DNA from: an uncultured delta proteobacterium
Lineage (GTDB): Bacteria; Desulfobacterota; Desulfomonilia; Desulfomonilales; Desulfomonilaceae
Direction of reading: 5' to 3'
Length of the DNA: 64,000 nt
Assembly: GCA_963789265.1 (NCBI GenBank)
Contig: CAWBKB010000003.1
Location: 256,001-320,000, forward strand
The position numbers were made by a program, and so were the translations under genes. Shown in pieces: positions 62,462-64,000 of this stretch. The notes beneath the pieces were generated by a model that ran no database searches, was not told the DNA's origin, and saw nothing but the letters and a program-made list of their open reading frames with translations. How positions within the stretch are numbered: the stretch's first letter is position 1; each line of letters begins with the position of its first letter.

Positions 62462-63744
62462 GGAGTAGATTGAAAGAGGATATCGTTGTCGCTGCGTCTC
62501 GCGGTCTTGCCGTCAGCATCCAGTGGCTCTCTGGAAAAGAAAACAAAGAAGTCTTTCGAGTAGCCGTCCTCGTATCGTTTCAGCGTGTATTTGGACTGTT
62601 CCGGGGAAAGCCTCACCTTCCTTACAAGATTGCCGAAAGAATCCCTTATGAAAAGGTTCCCAACTATATTGTCAGGGTTGGCGTCACCGTGTATTCCCCG
62701 TTCGCATCCCGCCAGAACCAGCGCCTTGGCCAAATCCTTGCTGCCAATGTGATGTCCGATTGCAAATACGAGGTTGCCGTCCTTCCTAATCCCAAATGCG
62801 CTCCGATGAGCCACGAACCAGAAATGTTTGCCACTGTAATTCTTGCCGCCGCCGCCGAGCAGGAAGCCGAGGCCGATTTCGGAGTCTTGCAGGCGTCCGT
62901 TCTTCAGGACCGACTGCACGACCATTCCATTCTTCACTATGAGATGCTTGAGTTGCCGAGCATCGCGCACCTTGCTTAGAGGTATGCCGGAATGCCATTC
63001 CTGAATGTCGACCGAACCGTCGTTGTAAACGATGAGAGTAGCCATGCCCGGCACCATAGGATAGAGCACCTTGCCCCGGAAAATAGCTCCCGCGCCGCTG
63101 GAATGGCGTTCCATCCACATGGCATTGGTTATGGCCACGATGCGGGATCGGAGGGGGGACTCGATCTCTGAAGAAGCCAGGCGGGCGGCCGGTTCCTGAG
63201 ATCCCACGTAGTACTGCATGAACGCTTTGCTCATGTCGACGACCATCATGTATACGATGGCGTTCGGGAATTCGACACTCGGCCTGTAAAACGTCTTATA
63301 AATGATGGGCCTGCCGCGCGAATCCCGCGGGGTCTCGGACGACTCCCACACTCCTTCACCGGGGAGTCCCGGAGAGGTATAGAGCGGCTTAATATTGTCC
63401 AGACGTATTTGGTCCAAAGGATCGCGAGAGAGTAGATCAAACTCGGCTGCAACAGGAAGTACCACGGTTTCGGCGCTTGAATTGCCGTTACCTTGACCTT
63501 CGGGACGATGCTCCGCATTGGCTGTTACTTTTTCAGCATGTCTCCCGGCCCGAGCAACGAGAACGCCGCCGCGATCTCCATGACCGATTTCTTGGCGAGT
63601 TGAAAACGTTTGCTCAAAAGCCCTGGTACTGCGAGTTCCTGACTCTCTGTGGGCCGGGCCTCCATAAACCCAGGGCGTCCACAAACAGAGGACCGCCACC
63701 GTGACGGCCGGCAATATTCGTTCGCGCAATTCAGCCACCCTCAT
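62458..63744 (-). CDS. Exported phosphodiester glycosidase (NAGPA)-like protein
   Basis: GEGVW, ATLIVYNDGSVDI, RSAFGIRKDG, LAKAL..AGC motifs. Confidence 0.6.
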   Translation of the reverse strand: MRVAELRERILPAVTVAVLCLWTPWVYGGPAHRESGTRSTRAFEQTFSTRQEIGHGDRGGVLVARAGRHAEKVTANAEHRPEGQGNGNSSAETVVLPVAAEFDLLSRDPLDQIRLDNIKPLYTSPGLPGEGVWESSETPRDSRGRPIIYKTFYRPSVEFPNAIVYMMVVDMSKAFMQYYVGSQEPAARLASSEIESPLRSRIVAITNAMWMERHSSGAGAIFRGKVLYPMVPGMATLIVYNDGSVDIQEWHSGIPLSKVRDARQLKHLIVKNGMVVQSVLKNGRLQDSEIGLGFLLGGGGKNYSGKHFWFVAHRSAFGIRKDGNLVFAIGHHIGSKDLAKALVLAGCERGIHGDANPDNIVGNLFIRDSFGNLVRKVRLSPEQSKYTLKRYEDGYSKDFFVFFSREPLDADGKTARRSDNDILFQSTP

Positions 63745-64000
63745 ACAAAACTTACCCAGTATAAATCCCCAAGACAATTCGTAGGGGCACTTTATTTCTA
63801 TACTCTAAAATGCGCTGAATTTCAATGAGAATTGAGGAGAAGAGCATCAAAGCCTCTGCCGCCGAGCCTCTGAATACTGGTGCAAAAGTCTCCGGTGGAC
63901 AGTTCCGGCCCTTATCCCCGGAATTCATGTGTGGGCCGGGCTGAAAAGCGCACTCGGGGAACGGTTAATCAGGCGGTTTGCAATTTTCGAGTGGACAGCG

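Noticed and set aside
1..64000. CRISPR array
   Set aside because: No regularly spaced direct repeats and no cas genes were seen; the repeats are dispersed palindromes.

Overview
Bacterial chromosomal window. Gene content suggests an anaerobic Desulfobacterota (Desulfomonile-like) genome; this is inference. It holds tRNA-Sec, a cobalamin-riboswitch-controlled anaerobic cob/cbi operon of about 17 kb, lexA-dinB, rplY-prs, a PspA/DUF2491/TAXI-fusion module, alpha-2-macroglobulin, an HTH-DksA fusion, the rpsP-khpA-rimM-trmD-rplS-rnhB operon, an unannotated UxxC thioredoxin-like selenoprotein, purD, iscSU and an lsrF-like/ADH pair. Mobile DNA includes a complete IS1380-family element, a complete group II intron and several families of nested non-autonomous repeats. 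The most striking observation is a MITE family with 12-bp TIRs (consensus ~GTAACCATTCAG) and 8-bp TSDs. At all five promoter loci in the window, an element end lies exactly 19 nt upstream of a TTGAC(A/T) -35 hexamer. These MITEs carry REP-like cargo that is itself invaded by the group II intron, a second MITE and a ~20-bp micro-palindrome. Many single-base frameshifts, including in essential genes, look like long-read indel errors rather than pseudogenes.
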